This document shows, in pieces, positions 37,185-47,287 of a DNA stretch of 64,000 nt (the stretch's first letter is position 1; every line of letters begins with the position of its first letter). The notes below the pieces were generated by a model. It saw nothing but the letters and a program-made list of their open reading frames with translations, was not told the origin of the DNA and did no database searches. The position numbers and the translations under genes were made by a program. Source of the stretch: Desulfobacterales bacterium (lineage in GTDB: Bacteria > Desulfobacterota > Desulfobacteria > Desulfobacterales > UBA5616); the NCBI GenBank assembly GCA_046483495.1, contig JAWODC010000070.1, forward strand, positions 64,001-128,000. Direction: 5' to 3'.

Positions 37185-37700
37185 ATGAAAATACTGGTAA
37201 CGTACTTCAGCCAGACGGGAAATACGCAAAAGATTGCCGAAGCCATTTGCGAGGGGGCATCCCCTTCACATGAAGTCGATCTTAAGAGAATCGAAGATAT
37301 CGAGCCTGCAAATTTCACCGGCTATGATCTTATGTTCATCGGTTCGCCCCTGCACGCAGGAAATCTGGCAGACCCGGTCAAAGCATTTCTGACGCAAATG
37401 AAAGCCGGGGCGGCTGATAAACTGGCGGGTTTTATCACCCACGCCGCACCGGCCTACCCGGACCAGGATATGGAAGGGTTTACGGAACCCCTACTAACCG
37501 CCTGCAGAAAAAACAATATGGCGTATGCGGGATGCTTTAACTGCCAGGGTTTTCTTGCCGAAGCGCTGCATGAGATGATCAAAAACAGCCGGAATATGAC
37601 GGATGAGCAATGGTCGGAAATGGTCGAACAGATGACCGGCCACCCTGATGAAAAAGATCTGAAAGACGCCAAAGCCTTTGCCGCGAAGGTGGTGGCATAG
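37185..37700 (+). CDS. Flavodoxin-like protein
   Basis: YFSQTGNTQKIAEAI FMN loop, FIGSP, terminal GHPD...A..FA. Confidence 0.85.
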   Translation: MKILVTYFSQTGNTQKIAEAICEGASPSHEVDLKRIEDIEPANFTGYDLMFIGSPLHAGNLADPVKAFLTQMKAGAADKLAGFITHAAPAYPDQDMEGFTEPLLTACRKNNMAYAGCFNCQGFLAEALHEMIKNSRNMTDEQWSEMVEQMTGHPDEKDLKDAKAFAAKVVA

Positions 37701-37775
37701 GTGCCCGGCAACGCCGCTCGAGACAGGATGTCGTGTTGACTTTCATATGACGTTCTTTTTTTAGGAGACAGCATT

Positions 37776-38546
37776 ATGGATCTGAAACTCAAAGGAAAAA
37801 ATGCCGTTGTCACAGGGGGAACCCGCGGAATAGGCCGCGCCATTGCGGAAACGCTGGCCGACGAAGGATGCAACGTGGCGATTTGTGCTCGAAATCAGGA
37901 TGAAATATCACAGACCGTCGAGGCCTTGAACGCAAAAGGCATATCAGCCCTCGGAGGGGTTGCCGATGTAACGGACGGCGACGCGTTGAAAAACTGGATC
38001 GAAGAATCGGCCCTACAGCTCGGCGGCCTGGATATTCTCGTTTCAAATGTCGGTGCAATGGCTATTGGGGCGGATGCGTCTTCCTGGGAAAAAAATCTAC
38101 GGACGGACATTTTAGGGGCGGTAAACGCCATCGAAAGCGCTTTGCCGATGCTTGAAGAAGCCGCGAGTCGAAACGGAGATGCAGCCATTGTGGTAATTGG
38201 TTCAGCGGCCTCCGTCAGTGCAGACGAACCCAGTTCCTATGGCGCCATTAAAGGGGCGCTGGTGCACTACGTCAAGGGATTGGCAAAGCAGAACGCCTCC
38301 AAACACATACGCGCCAGTGTCATCTCTCCAGGCATGGTGTATTTTAAAGGGGGGGTCTGGCACCGGGTGGAACAGGGAATGCCGGATTTTTTCAAGCAGG
38401 CGTTGGACAGAAATCCCATGGGACGCATGGCGACCCCGCAGGACATCGCCAACGCCGCTGTGTTTCTTGCCAGTCCGTGCTCATCCTTTACCTCGGGAAT
38501 CAACATGATCATCGATGGGGTGATCACGGATCGGGTGAATTACTGA
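37776..38546 (+). CDS. Short-chain dehydrogenase/reductase
   Basis: TGGTRGIG, YGAIK, SPG, NPMGR, IDG motifs. Confidence 0.9.
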   Translation: MDLKLKGKNAVVTGGTRGIGRAIAETLADEGCNVAICARNQDEISQTVEALNAKGISALGGVADVTDGDALKNWIEESALQLGGLDILVSNVGAMAIGADASSWEKNLRTDILGAVNAIESALPMLEEAASRNGDAAIVVIGSAASVSADEPSSYGAIKGALVHYVKGLAKQNASKHIRASVISPGMVYFKGGVWHRVEQGMPDFFKQALDRNPMGRMATPQDIANAAVFLASPCSSFTSGINMIIDGVITDRVNY

Positions 38547-38823
38547 TCCGGCTGCCGCCCTTTTTTATCGATTATGCTTCCGGTAGATAATACCCCTTGG
38601 ATTGGAGGGCGGCTTGATGTCGTCTTTCAAAACTGTTTTATCCATGAAGCCGTCCATGATCACCCGAAGATGCGCTTTGCCTCGGCCTTCTCATCCCGGT
38701 GATCGGGATGCGAGATGCGTATCGATGTGACTTGCAGTTTCCGGACGGCCCCGAATTGGTTGTTGCGTATTTATATCAAAAAAGGTAATTACAGGTTCTG
38801 ACAACGGCCGAATCGCCGCTACT

Positions 38824-38969
38824 TAGTGTTCATCCAGAAATAGGCAATTTCACGTGAGTTCAAGGCGGACGCAAGATCGAAACCGCAGGAATAGTGTGCT
38901 ATTTTGAGGATTTCGATTTTGCGTCCAACGCAGAAATCGCGTGAAAGGGCCATTTATGGATGGACACTA
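38824..38969. repeat. 146-bp nested-hairpin repeat, copy C
   Basis: 18-bp terminal IR TAGTGTTCATCCAGAAAT / ATTTATGGATGGACACTA with TA at both ends; shared core motifs. Confidence 0.85.
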
Positions 38970-39066
38970 CTTAACATCAAACAACAACGACCCTGCCAGG
39001 CAAAATTTCATCCTTCTGTTTTTATTCTAGTTTTCGGTTGCTGCACAACGGGTATCGGAGGCATAC

Positions 39067-41784
39067 ATGAAACCTTCCATTTCAGCTTATGATGCCGCCC
39101 AAAAACGTATAAATGAATTGGAACGCATGTTGGATTTGGCCCCGGATCTGATTTTTCGGGTGGACCGGGATCTTCGGCATGAGTATGTGAATCAACATGC
39201 TTTGAACGTCACCGGCTTGTCCCGGGAACAGTATATCGGGAAAACAAATCGGCAATTGAACATGCCGGAGGAGCTTTGCCGGCTCTGGGACAACACCTAT
39301 TCGGCTGTTTTTCAGGAAAAAAAATCCAGGCAAATCGAATTCAGTTTCCCCTCCGGTAAAGGCATTGTGCATTACCAAATGCGGGTTGTTCCGGAAATCG
39401 ATGATAACGGCACCGTTGCGACCGTCATCGGGATCAGTCGGGACATCACCGAACAGAAAAATGCCGAAACAGCACTGCAAAATAGTGAAGAAAAGTTTTC
39501 AAAAATATTTTCACTCAGCCCCAACCTCAAGTTTGTCGGCGAAATCGAAACAGGCATGGTGTTGGAAGCCAATCAGGCCTTCTGTGACATTACCGGTTAT
39601 CGTAATGACGAATTGGTGGGCCGTTCGTTTTTGGAACTCGGTTTGATATCCGGCGAAGAAGGTGCGGAAATCTTCCGCCGGCTTCACGAGACCGGTATGG
39701 TGCGGGATATTCAAATCCACATCACCAGCAGATCGAATGAGGCGAAGGTCTGCCTTTTTTCTGCCGTGGTCATCGATTATCAGGGAAAACGATGTATGAT
39801 CGGGTATGGAACGGATCATACCGAGCGGGAACAGGCAGAAAGGAGCATAAGGGAAAACGAAGAACGCCTTCGGGCGATCGTGAACAACTCCATCGACGGC
39901 ATCATTCAAATGGATTTGCGAAGCGGAAAGTACGTGTTTATCAGCCCGTCTGTTGAGCGACTCACCGGATTTACACTGGACGAGATAAACCTCATTGAAG
40001 ATACGGCCGCCCGCATCCATCCGGAGGATCGGCCGAAGATCGATGCCAATCTCAAACTCCTTGCCAAAGGAGAGATGCCTCCAAGACCTTTAGAATACCG
40101 GTGGCGGGTTCGCAGCGGGGCATACCGGTGGTTCAGCGACTCGAGAGGCACCATTCGGGATAAAAACGGAACGATTTTATCCTTGGTGGGGATGGTCCGC
40201 GATATCACCGAGCAGAAAGAGGCCGAAGAAGCACTGCAGCAATCCAAGGAGTTATACCGAACACTTGCGGCCAATTTGCCCGATGGTGCGGTTTACATTC
40301 TGGACCCCTCCTTGCGTTTTGTCCTGGCTGCGGGACAAGCATTGCCCCTTTTCGGACTTTCCCCTGAGCAACTGGAGGGCCGAACGATTTGGGAAGCATT
40401 CGACCATTCAGCCGGGCAATATGAATCCTTGCTTTACAAGGCGCTGAACGGGGAATTTTTCAAAATCGAACATGATGTTAACAATCGCTTCTGCCTGACA
40501 CAGGGCGTACCGATACGGGATGGGAATGGAATGATAACCCATGTGCTGGTCCTGTCGCATGACCTTACCGAGCGCAAAAAAATGGAGGAGGAGCTGAGAA
40601 AATCGCGTGATAAATTGGAAATGCGGGTTCAGGAGCGGACGGTTGAACTGGAAAAAAGGGCTTCCCAGCTCGCCCGGCTCAGTTCCGAATTGACGCTTTC
40701 CGAGCAGAGAGAGCGTGACCGTATTGCAGAAGTTCTCCACGACCATCTTCAACAATTGATCGTCGGCGCCAAAATCGGCCAGGAAACACTGATCGCCAAT
40801 CTGGATCAGAGTGCAAGGTCCATGGCCGAACGCGTCCTCGACCTGGTGAGTCTATCGCTCAGAACATCGCGCTCTTTGTCTGCCGAACTCTCCCCTTCCG
40901 TGCTTCGAACCGGCAATTTTTCGGCTTCTCTGAAATGGCTGTGTGATTGGATGCTTGAGACGCATGGGCTCGCGGTCGAGCTGGACATTGCCCATGACCT
41001 TTTCCTGGATCGGGAAGACCTCGTTATATTGCTGTTTCAGTCCATTCGGGAGTTGCTGTTGAATGTCGTAAAGCATGCCGGTGTAGCATCTGCCGGCGTA
41101 TCCGCTGAATACAAAAGAGGAAAACTCAGGATCGTTGTCGCTGACAGGGGAAAAGGATTCGTTCCGAAACATATCATCGAAGGAGAAGAAGCCGGCTCCC
41201 GATTCGGTTTGTTCAGCATCGAAGAGCGGCTGATGCATCTCGGTGGAAAACTCAAAGTAGAAAGTGTTCTCGAAAAGGGCACGACGATTTCCTTGATTGT
41301 GCCTGTCCGCGAACCGATAGGCACCGAAAAACAGCCGTCGGTTTCCAGTAAACGGGATAAGCGAGTGGTTTCGATGCGGGCGGGTGCCGAAAACATCCGT
41401 GTGTTGCTGGCTGATGACCATCCGGTAATGCGGGAAGGTCTTTCCAAGATGCTCAGCTATCAAGCCGATATCGAAGTGGTCGGTGAGGCATCGGATGGCG
41501 AACAAGCCGTCAATATGGCCCGGGAGCTGATTCCGGACGTTGTGCTAATGGACATCAATATGCCCAAGATGAACGGCGTGGCGGCCACACGTAAGATACA
41601 CTTGGAATTTCCACATATTCGCATTATCGGTCTGTCGATGCATGAAGAAGATGAAATAGGCGCTGAAATGATCGAAGCCGGGGCGGCCTCTTACCGGTCA
41701 AAAAGCGGCAACACCGATCTTCTGCTTGCTTCGATACGCGGGGATGAAATGCCGTCAGACGACGCAAAAAGCCGCGCCAACTGA
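39067..41784 (+). CDS. Cytoplasmic hybrid sensor kinase: four PAS domains, HisKA_3/HATPase_c, C-terminal receiver
   Basis: Four PAS/PAC repeats ending DITE/DHTE/DITE/DLTE; ERDRIAEVLHDHLQQ H-box; ELLLNVVKHA, DRGKGF, FGL; REC with LADDH, MDINMP. Confidence 0.9.
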   Translation: MKPSISAYDAAQKRINELERMLDLAPDLIFRVDRDLRHEYVNQHALNVTGLSREQYIGKTNRQLNMPEELCRLWDNTYSAVFQEKKSRQIEFSFPSGKGIVHYQMRVVPEIDDNGTVATVIGISRDITEQKNAETALQNSEEKFSKIFSLSPNLKFVGEIETGMVLEANQAFCDITGYRNDELVGRSFLELGLISGEEGAEIFRRLHETGMVRDIQIHITSRSNEAKVCLFSAVVIDYQGKRCMIGYGTDHTEREQAERSIRENEERLRAIVNNSIDGIIQMDLRSGKYVFISPSVERLTGFTLDEINLIEDTAARIHPEDRPKIDANLKLLAKGEMPPRPLEYRWRVRSGAYRWFSDSRGTIRDKNGTILSLVGMVRDITEQKEAEEALQQSKELYRTLAANLPDGAVYILDPSLRFVLAAGQALPLFGLSPEQLEGRTIWEAFDHSAGQYESLLYKALNGEFFKIEHDVNNRFCLTQGVPIRDGNGMITHVLVLSHDLTERKKMEEELRKSRDKLEMRVQERTVELEKRASQLARLSSELTLSEQRERDRIAEVLHDHLQQLIVGAKIGQETLIANLDQSARSMAERVLDLVSLSLRTSRSLSAELSPSVLRTGNFSASLKWLCDWMLETHGLAVELDIAHDLFLDREDLVILLFQSIRELLLNVVKHAGVASAGVSAEYKRGKLRIVVADRGKGFVPKHIIEGEEAGSRFGLFSIEERLMHLGGKLKVESVLEKGTTISLIVPVREPIGTEKQPSVSSKRDKRVVSMRAGAENIRVLLADDHPVMREGLSKMLSYQADIEVVGEASDGEQAVNMARELIPDVVLMDINMPKMNGVAATRKIHLEFPHIRIIGLSMHEEDEIGAEMIEAGAASYRSKSGNTDLLLASIRGDEMPSDDAKSRAN

Positions 41785-41808
41785 AAACTGCCGGGGCTGA
41801 AAAATTTC

Positions 41809-42330
41809 ATGATTTCAGCGTTTGACGTCAAGTATTTCGAAGATGGCAGTGCAGTGGTTGCGGCTGTCGTTTTCGAAAAATTCAATGATGCGGCACCGAT
41901 ATCCACCTACAGGAAAAACATCGACAGGGTGAATGAATATGTTCCGGGCTCATTTTATCGACGGGAACTGCCCTGCATTTTATCGCTGCTGGCCGATATC
42001 AGGGAAACGATCGACACCATTATAATCGACGGTTATGTATATTTGGGAAACCGTCCCGGCCTCGGCGCATATCTGAAGGCGGAAACAGGCGAAGCCTTCA
42101 CGATTATCGGCGTAGCAAAATCGTGTTTTAAAGGGAGTGCTGCAGCCAAAGTGTATCGAGGCCGAAGCCGAAATCCCCTTTATATCAGCGCCTCAGGCAT
42201 GGATCAGGCAAAAGCTGCGGATCTCGTTGCACGCATGCATGGAAAGTATCGCATACCGACACTTCTAAAAGAAGTGGATCAACTGACCAAACGGCAACAC
42301 GTCCCTGCAGGCCGATCTTCTGATTATTAA
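41809..42330 (+). CDS. nfi: Endonuclease V-family protein
   Basis: FDV.Y, YVPGSFYRRELP, IIDGY, IGVAKS, PLYIS, YRIP motifs. Confidence 0.75.
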   Translation: MISAFDVKYFEDGSAVVAAVVFEKFNDAAPISTYRKNIDRVNEYVPGSFYRRELPCILSLLADIRETIDTIIIDGYVYLGNRPGLGAYLKAETGEAFTIIGVAKSCFKGSAAAKVYRGRSRNPLYISASGMDQAKAADLVARMHGKYRIPTLLKEVDQLTKRQHVPAGRSSDY

Positions 42331-42331
42331 A

Positions 42332-42850
42332 ATGGAAATAAGGCAAACAAACCGCAATGACTGGAAACTGATCCGGCCCATTCTGCATGACGTATTCGGC
42401 AACGGTGACACTTACCCGCATTCGCCGGATACCCCCGAAAGTGCTGAACATGATTATTGGATCGTGTCGCCGACGGCATCATATGTTGCCGTCGAAAGAG
42501 GGAATGTGGTCGGCAGCTACTATCTCAAACCGAATCAGCCCGGCTTGGGCTCCCATGTTGCCAATGCAGGATTTATCGTAAAAAGGTCGAAACGAGGTCT
42601 CGGCATCGGCAGGGCTATGGGTAGACATTCCTTGTTCGAGGCAAAGCGATTGGGTTTTATGGCCCTTCAGTTCAACCTGGTTGTCAGCACCAACACGGCA
42701 TCCTTGAAGCTGTGGCGAAGTCTTGGCTTCTCCGTAGTCGGCACATTGCCGCTGGCATTCAACCATAACGTATTCGGATACGTGGATGCATTTGTCATGT
42801 ACCGGCTTCTCGATGATATCGAAATCGGCGTTTTGGAAAGGGTAAAATAA
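42332..42850 (+). CDS. GNAT-family N-acetyltransferase
   Basis: GDTYP, GSHVAN, RGLGIG, QFNLVVSTN, LW.SLGF motifs. Confidence 0.9.
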   Translation: MEIRQTNRNDWKLIRPILHDVFGNGDTYPHSPDTPESAEHDYWIVSPTASYVAVERGNVVGSYYLKPNQPGLGSHVANAGFIVKRSKRGLGIGRAMGRHSLFEAKRLGFMALQFNLVVSTNTASLKLWRSLGFSVVGTLPLAFNHNVFGYVDAFVMYRLLDDIEIGVLERVK

Positions 42851-42852
42851 CC

Positions 42853-43425
42853 ATGAACAATAAACCACCGACCCGCGAGGAGGCTTTTCACCTGTTAAAG
42901 GAATTCAACACCAGCGAGGCATTGATCAAGCATGCGGTTGCCGTTGAAGGTGTTATGCGGCACATTGCGCGCAAGTACAATGAAGATGAAGACAAATGGG
43001 GAATCATCGGTCTGATTCACGACCTGGACTATGAGAAATTTCCCGAAAGCCATTGCACAAAAACCAGGGAAATATTGGAGGAGCACGGATGGCCTGAGGA
43101 GTATATCCGGGCCGCCGTTTCCCACGGGTGGGGCATCTGTTCAGATGTTGAACCGCTTTCCCGGCTCGAAAAAACCCTTTACGCCATCGACGAGCTCACC
43201 GGACTGATCACCGCCTGCGTTTTGGTGCGGCCTTCAAAAAGCATCATGGATCTAAAAACCAAATCCGTCCGCAAGAAATGGAATCAAAAAGGGTTTGCCG
43301 CCGGGGCAAACCGGAACCTCATCGAAGCCGGCGCAAAAATGCTCGGTGTTGAACGCGATGACCTGATCAGTGATACCATCGCCGGCATGCAGGAAGTGGC
43401 CGATCAAATCGGCCTTAAGGGTTAA
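42853..43425 (+). CDS. HD-domain (HDIG-type) hydrolase
   Basis: KHAVAVE, GLIHDLDYE, SHG, DELTG, VRPSK motifs. Confidence 0.85.
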   Translation: MNNKPPTREEAFHLLKEFNTSEALIKHAVAVEGVMRHIARKYNEDEDKWGIIGLIHDLDYEKFPESHCTKTREILEEHGWPEEYIRAAVSHGWGICSDVEPLSRLEKTLYAIDELTGLITACVLVRPSKSIMDLKTKSVRKKWNQKGFAAGANRNLIEAGAKMLGVERDDLISDTIAGMQEVADQIGLKG

Positions 43426-43613
43426 ACTGTCCGGGTAATGCCTCGGCCCATTTCTTTTTCCTGCCTTTAAAAATACTTCTTGAAAGAACTTTTTATCAGC
43501 CGTAATATTCATATAACTTATTGTTATAATATGATAAATTTATATTACAGCTAACAGAGGTATCGGTTTTTAAGTTCTTCTAACAATCCTTGCAGGAAAG
43601 GGGGTGATGAGAA

Positions 43614-43820
43614 ATGAAGAACTTAAAATTTTCTTTGATCGATAACGATTATGCTATCCAGGCGTGTACCGATCTCGATATCAGTGACAGTACCATGGAT
43701 CTTTTTATGGCATTCCTCAAGAGCATGAAAGAAGAATTGATTACGGGCCAATCCGTTTATTTTGAAATCGAGAGTGCAGATAATGATCCGGTGATGTTTA
43801 CGGTTTTGCAATCCAATTAA
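43614..43820 (+). CDS. Small acidic hypothetical protein (68 aa)
   Basis: ATG with upstream GGGGGTGA, behind an AT-rich promoter-like stretch; no motif recognised. Confidence 0.45.
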   Translation: MKNLKFSLIDNDYAIQACTDLDISDSTMDLFMAFLKSMKEELITGQSVYFEIESADNDPVMFTVLQSN

Positions 43821-43836
43821 AAAATGATTCAAGTGG

Positions 43837-46800
43837 TTATTTGGTGACCCGAACGACGCGTCCCGTGGTTAGAAACAGGATCAAACCCCGGTCGGCGCCG
43901 GTGGCTGTCATGTAATCCCTTACCTGGGTTCGATATAATTCCACTTGTTTGGGTGACGGGTTCACATCGCTTTTCCAGTCGATCACTCCAGTGATGCGGC
44001 CGGTTTCATCTACGGCGGCTGCATCTGCAATGCCTGCCGTCAAGGAAAGTTCCCGATCGTTAGAAGATTCGGCGTAAACGGGCAGTTCCGGAGATAACAG
44101 AGGCCGAAGAGCAACGATTTCAGGCAGCTGAAGGGTTCGACAAACGGCATCCGCTATCTCTTGGCTCGACGGCCCCTTTGCGGGATCGGCCTCATCGGAA
44201 AGCCCCAACTGGTCGAGCAGTTCAACCGCACGACTTTTCAAAGCCGGCGCGGTATCCTTCAATTCCCCTGTGAGCACCTCCTCTATTAATTTGTGCATCA
44301 CCATGCCGCGTTGAGGTCCGCCTTTTATGTCAGCTTCTCCGGATATGCCGAAGGGTTGAGCCTCGTCGGGTGCACTTTCCAGGATCGCTTCGACGTCCGT
44401 GTAGACCTTCGGGGCCGTCTCTATCGGCTCCTCGACGTGTTCATGCCGACTGGGACGCCGCCAGTGTATATGCTTTTCAAAAGCGGCTATCGCGGCCGCC
44501 TCCCGTTCCCAGGTCGCCAAATCCTGACGGTTCACGCTTTCTTCGGGATGAGGGGTTGGTTTCCCCTTGTATGGGTCGGTATTGAAAACCGGAAGAGTGC
44601 CGGTGTCCAGATCCAGCAGTCCAAACCAATCGTCGGATTTGCGTTCTCCCGGATCGGGCAGCAGCAGAAGATCCCGGGCACGGGTCAGGGCGACATACCA
44701 CAATCGCACCCGCTCACGGCGGAGTGCTTCGGCCTCTTCCCGGCACACGGCTGCGAAATCCGGACCGGGATACCCGAATATCTTGAAATGAACGCTGTCA
44801 TCCCGGCGACGATACAGGAAATTCATGTCGGAACGCAGCCGGGTCATCGCGTTGATTGGAATGACGATCGGCCACTCCAGGCCCTTTGCCGAGTGAACCG
44901 TAATAATCGAAACCGCCTCTGCCTCGGCATCCGGCCGGCCTTCCGTTTGGGCATCGGCGTTTTGCCAGCGATCCCATAGCGCCCGGGCAAAATCGGAAAT
45001 GCCGCGGGCGGCAAACGCCCGGGACATTTCAAGCACGAGTTCGACATTGGCCAGCGCGCGTTCAGCCCCCCTGGGATGCCGTGCCTTCAGCAGCGGTCGG
45101 ACCTGCAGTGCTTCAACGGCTTCGGACATCAAGAGATAAGGTGTCGTCTGCCGGGCTTTTCGGGCGAGATTCTGAAGGGCCAAGAGCGTCTGTTTGAGAA
45201 TCGGATGGCGAAGCAACGCCGGGTCCGTCCACAAATGGAGCCTGTGATTGCCGCCGGATGCGTGCAATGCTTCTATTTCATCGGCGATTTCCGCTTCCGT
45301 AAGACCGACCAGCGGACCCCGCAGCAGGGCTCCGAGCGCCAGGGTGTCCCGCCGGTCCGCCACGGTCCGCGCGACGGCGATCAAATCCTGGACTTCCTGG
45401 CGCCGAAAAAATCCTTTTCCGGCCTGGGTGGCGATCGGAATCCCCTGCATTTCCAGTGCACGCTCATACACCCACAGGCCGGTTCCGGTGGGTGCGAGTA
45501 AAGCCAAATCGCTGGGAACCGCCGGCCGCAATGTACCCGATTGTTTGTCGAAAACGGGATATGCACCGATCAGAGAGGCCGCTGTTCGGGCGACGGCGGC
45601 CGCTTCCAGCCGACGGACGGTATCGACCGGCGGTGGGCCTTTATCAATGCAAAGGTCATCGTCAAACGCGATGTCAAGTACGGCCACGCAGGGTTCGCGA
45701 CCGGATTTTCGAATGGCGGTAAGCGGCTTGAAGCCGGTCCGGCCGCTGGGTGAATCCATCATGCCGGCGAAATGGGTGTTGACGAATGTGATAATATGTT
45801 CCTGGGACCGGAAATTGGTGAATATCTCGATGACGGCACCGGGGTCATGGCCGAGAATCGCTTTCTTTGCCTCGAGATACGTTTCCACATCGGCCCCCCG
45901 GAACCGGTAAATGGCCTGTTTGGGATCTCCCACCAGGAAAAGGGCGCCGGGCCTGAGGGTGCGATCCTGCCACGACAATTCGGGGTTTCCCTCCCCGGCA
46001 AGCCGCCACAGGATTTCCGCCTGCATGGGATCGGTGTCCTGGAATTCATCCACTAAAATGTAAGGATAACGATCGGCCAATGCCCGCCTTACCGGCTCGT
46101 TTTCTTTCAAAAGACTGCACGCGTGGTGAAGAAGGTCGTCGAAATCCAGCAATGCGGCCATATGCTTGTACGTTCGGTACAGATCCTGAAGGGCATCGAA
46201 TTCCTTGACAAAACGCTGGAAGGCGAGCGTTCCCAATGCCTCGCAAAACGCTTGGTATGCATTGCCGCACGCCGTGTAAAGGGCTTCGCCCCGGGCACTC
46301 AGGGAATCTGCGTGCGCTTTGCTCTTTCCTGCAACTTTAGCGGCTTTTTGCCATTTGCCTTTTCGCCGCCATTGCTTGAATGCGGTGTCGTTTTTCTTGC
46401 ATGCCTGCGGAGCTGCATGAAAAAGAAGCTCCGCGATGTGCCGGCCGTTGAGCGGTCCGGCCGCCGCCTTGCGGGCCACCTTCGCCAAGTGTGCCATATC
46501 ATCGATAAATTCAGCCGTGGTGCATTCCGTCAACCCGCAGGTGCTGTACCAGGATGAACACGCAGCGATGGCTTCTGAAAGGCGTTCGAAAACGGAGGCG
46601 TCCACCGCTGCCGCCGGTGCCCGCGCGGTGCGGTGCAGCTTGAGAAACCGGGCGGTTTTTTCGATAAGGTCAAGGGTTTCATCGGGAGATTTGAGGAGCA
46701 GTTCGGTAAACAGATCGTCTTCCCCGCCGGCATCGGGCACCGGCGGTATGCGCCCAAGGCCCTCGGCACCGCGGTCCCGGCCGAACCGGGCCGACAGCCA

Positions 46801-47283
46801 GGCATGCATCAAGTCCTGGTAGGCCAGTTCGGCGGCTGCGGGATCGATGATCGCCGCGCCCGGATCGATATGAGTTTCAACCGGATAAGGGATGATCAGC
46901 TGTCTGGAAAACCCGTGAATGGTGGTGCAGGTGATTTCGTCAAGAACGCTGCTGCCCTTTAACAGGTTTTCACGCTGCCGTTCGGAAAGTCCGCCAGGTA
47001 GGGCATCGTGCAGCTCCACAGGCATCTTTTCGTCAAGCAGCATGCCAACAAAGCGCTCGATGCGCTCCAACAGCTCGGCGGCCGCCGCTTCCGTGAAGGT
47101 GATGGCAACGATGCTTCGGGGAGCGGCTCCCCCGGCAATCAGAAGGGTGACCCGTCCTGCCAGAAGCGCTGTTTTTCCGCTTCCGGCACCGGCCTCTACC
47201 AGGTAGGTATGATCATGATCGGTCAGGGCGGTAAGCCGCCCCTCGGCATCGGGCAGGCTCGGTTTTCCGGATGATTCCGGCAT
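43837..47283 (-). CDS. UvrD/AddA-like SF1 helicase with C-terminal PD-(D/E)XK nuclease
   Basis: Start ATG 47283 (MPESSGK); AGAGSGKT, TFTEAAA, TIHGF, LVDEFQDT, VGDPKQAIYRFRG, TVHSAKGLE, YVALTRA; C-terminal GIAD..IDWKSD..Q...Y. Confidence 0.9.
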   Translation of the reverse strand: MPESSGKPSLPDAEGRLTALTDHDHTYLVEAGAGSGKTALLAGRVTLLIAGGAAPRSIVAITFTEAAAAELLERIERFVGMLLDEKMPVELHDALPGGLSERQRENLLKGSSVLDEITCTTIHGFSRQLIIPYPVETHIDPGAAIIDPAAAELAYQDLMHAWLSARFGRDRGAEGLGRIPPVPDAGGEDDLFTELLLKSPDETLDLIEKTARFLKLHRTARAPAAAVDASVFERLSEAIAACSSWYSTCGLTECTTAEFIDDMAHLAKVARKAAAGPLNGRHIAELLFHAAPQACKKNDTAFKQWRRKGKWQKAAKVAGKSKAHADSLSARGEALYTACGNAYQAFCEALGTLAFQRFVKEFDALQDLYRTYKHMAALLDFDDLLHHACSLLKENEPVRRALADRYPYILVDEFQDTDPMQAEILWRLAGEGNPELSWQDRTLRPGALFLVGDPKQAIYRFRGADVETYLEAKKAILGHDPGAVIEIFTNFRSQEHIITFVNTHFAGMMDSPSGRTGFKPLTAIRKSGREPCVAVLDIAFDDDLCIDKGPPPVDTVRRLEAAAVARTAASLIGAYPVFDKQSGTLRPAVPSDLALLAPTGTGLWVYERALEMQGIPIATQAGKGFFRRQEVQDLIAVARTVADRRDTLALGALLRGPLVGLTEAEIADEIEALHASGGNHRLHLWTDPALLRHPILKQTLLALQNLARKARQTTPYLLMSEAVEALQVRPLLKARHPRGAERALANVELVLEMSRAFAARGISDFARALWDRWQNADAQTEGRPDAEAEAVSIITVHSAKGLEWPIVIPINAMTRLRSDMNFLYRRRDDSVHFKIFGYPGPDFAAVCREEAEALRRERVRLWYVALTRARDLLLLPDPGERKSDDWFGLLDLDTGTLPVFNTDPYKGKPTPHPEESVNRQDLATWEREAAAIAAFEKHIHWRRPSRHEHVEEPIETAPKVYTDVEAILESAPDEAQPFGISGEADIKGGPQRGMVMHKLIEEVLTGELKDTAPALKSRAVELLDQLGLSDEADPAKGPSSQEIADAVCRTLQLPEIVALRPLLSPELPVYAESSNDRELSLTAGIADAAAVDETGRITGVIDWKSDVNPSPKQVELYRTQVRDYMTATGADRGLILFLTTGRVVRVTK

Positions 47284-47287
47284 TTGT

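Noticed and set aside
38655..38725. Minus-strand peptide ISHPDHRDEKAEAKRIFG resembling the C-terminus of acetyl-CoA hydrolase/transferase
   Set aside because: Too short to separate from chance without a search.
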